Shown here in pieces: positions 62,273-64,000 of a stretch of 64,000 bases of DNA (position 1 is its first letter; each line of letters starts with the position of its first letter). Position numbers and translations under genes: made by a program. Location of the stretch: positions 12,462,001-12,526,000 of the forward strand of contig JBHGNT010000012.1 of assembly GCA_043228905.1 (NCBI GenBank). Reading direction: 5' to 3'. Source of the stretch: Azolla caroliniana. Its lineage: Eukaryota > Plantae > Polypodiophyta. The notes beneath the pieces were generated by a model. It did no database searches and had not been told where the DNA came from. It saw only the letters and a program-made list of their open reading frames with translations.

Positions 62273-62690
62273 TGTTGAGAGACAAGCTCAACATGAGCCG
62301 GATTGGTTATAGGCCGGTAGGCTGGATCGACTGAAGAAGCTGACACTCGAGCCGGCTTAGGAGGATTGGCTGAAGAAGCTGACAATCAGATCCATTGAAG
62401 AAGCTAACACTCGAGCCAGCTTAGGAGGATTGGTTGAAGAAGTTGACAATCAGATCCACTGAAGAAGCCGACAGGCCGATAGGATTTTCCTATTCATAGT
62501 ATTAGGAAAATTTTGGGGAGTCAGTGTCAGATGCTCATTTATGAGCATTCAAGTACTTGTGTCAGCCCGCTATCAAGGCTTGTATAAAAGTTCTCATTAA
62601 GCACATTATATGTACCGAGTCTTTTTTGAAATAGAGTTACTCAACAATTTCTCTACACGCAAGAGAAAGCGCATGCATGTGCTAAATTTT
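62273..62690 (+). mobile_element. LTR-like relic related to 11608-12050
   Basis: Shared TGTTGAG..GACAAGCTCAAC start and ATGAGCATT.AAGTAC...CTTGTATAAAA core; right end uncertain. Confidence 0.5.
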
Positions 62691-62844
62691 AAGGAAATCT
62701 AAAGGGGAAACGTGTTGAGAGTTATGGTGACTTAACGCTTATTGACTTGTCTATGCATTGTAAGAATCTATATGAGCTATCTCTTGCCAGAAAGATGATG
62801 TGTTATGGTTCTCTTTCACATATGTCTCCCTTCTTTACAATCGA

Positions 62845-63265
62845 AGATATATGCATAGGACTTAAGAAATTGACCTCTTGAAAGGCAAGCGATCTTCAAT
62901 GTATAAAAGCGGAAATGCTCAAATGGATGGGAAAGGAAGCACATGCATGGATAAGCGATATGTTTAATCATGCATTGAAACATGGTATGCCATATGATTG
63001 GAAACCTTTATGTAAAGGTGGAGATGTAAATAATGTAAACAACTATCGAACCATCATGGTTGGTTCGCTAATGGCAAAACTATTTGGATGTATAATGGAA
63101 TCAAAGATAAGTGCATGGGCTGAAAAAATTGGTAAGTGAGCTTATGGACAAGCCGCCTTTCAAAAGTGTTAAGAATTAGGTAAGTAATTAAGGGTTAATT
63201 AGTACCTAATTATGCGCTTAAGTTAAGCGGAAGATTATGTGATATGTGTGTGTATGTGTGTGAGA

Positions 63266-63341
<76 letters not shown>

Positions 63342-64000
63342 CACTTATGAACAACACAAGATGGGGGATGAGTAACAATATTAAATTAGCATTATCATCA
63401 TCATCATACAAAAATACCTACAATGAGGTATATATAGATCTCATGTGCAAGGGTGCACATGTGTGAGGATAACATAGGTACAAACTTGTAAGTCCTATAT
63501 TAAATGCACTTGGGAGTGGAGGATCTACAATATCCCGCTGAAGTACAAGCTCCTATTTAAGGCATTATAGTCAACACTTCTAACTAGATTCTATATAGGT
63601 AACTACGAATTTACATGGTTGACTACCTAACTCTCAACAGAAAGCACTACAAGGTTTATATTGTTGTTTTGTTGACTTTAACAAAGCTTTTGATATGGTA
63701 CCTCGTGAGCATCGTTGGAGGTGAATGGAAGAACTCAAGGTGCCAAGTGAATATATGCTTGCAATCTCCTGAATATATGAGAAGGTTATATGTTGTGTGC
63801 ATATGAGCGATAAAATTTCCGATTTTTTCAATAGCACTATTGGTGTTAAGCAAGGATGCCCACTCTCACCAACTCTATTTGGTCTATGCATTGATGAATG
63901 GGAAGAAATGGTTGCCAAGTTTCTAAGGGAAGAAGGTGTTGAAGAAGTTGCAATTGGTAATGTTGTCATTATGCTTTTGCTATATCCGGATGATGTAGTG
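62845..64000 (+). mobile_element. Degenerate LINE RT (same family as 30588-31975), running off the window
   Basis: KGGDVNNVNNYRTI, GQAAF, YCCFVDFNKAFD, GVKQGCPLSPTLF and LLYPDD, with stops. Confidence 0.85.
63167..63639. mobile_element. Probable solo LTR with (GA)n inserted in the LINE
   Basis: TGTTAAGAATTAGGTA...TACCTAACTCTCAACA inverted ends; near-TSD AAAAG/GAAAG; interrupts the LINE ORF. Confidence 0.6.

Overview
Eukaryotic land-plant-type DNA. A fern or other seed-free plant is my inference and cannot be proven from this window. The window holds one spliced host gene (minus strand, ~16.7-27.5 kb, at least 13 exons) encoding a repetitive ECTFxP-motif/EF-hand protein, surrounded by nested transposons. 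On the left, a very young intact Ty3/Gypsy element (466-7752; tRNA-Trp PBS, 4-bp TSD, -1 frameshift pseudoknot between gag-PR and RT) sits inside the gag of an Athila-like Gypsy, followed by Copia/Gypsy debris. On the right is a 31-kb nest bounded by one Copia (30319-61412, TSD GTGGG). It contains a LINE fragment, an Athila-like Gypsy (34096-49309) that itself holds a young Copia (40205-45374), and a 10.3-kb Sola2-type DNA transposon (50813-61088). Two things stand out. (1) The Sola2 element carries a convergent accessory gene or genes encoding a RING-H2-like domain and an FCP1/NIF-like phosphatase domain with a degenerate catalytic motif, plus intronic arrays of the palindrome TAGCTAATTAGCTA. 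(2) The Athila-like Gypsy has no polypurine tract and instead has a tRNA-Arg 3'-end-like sequence before its 3' LTR, so it carries two opposed PBS-like sites.
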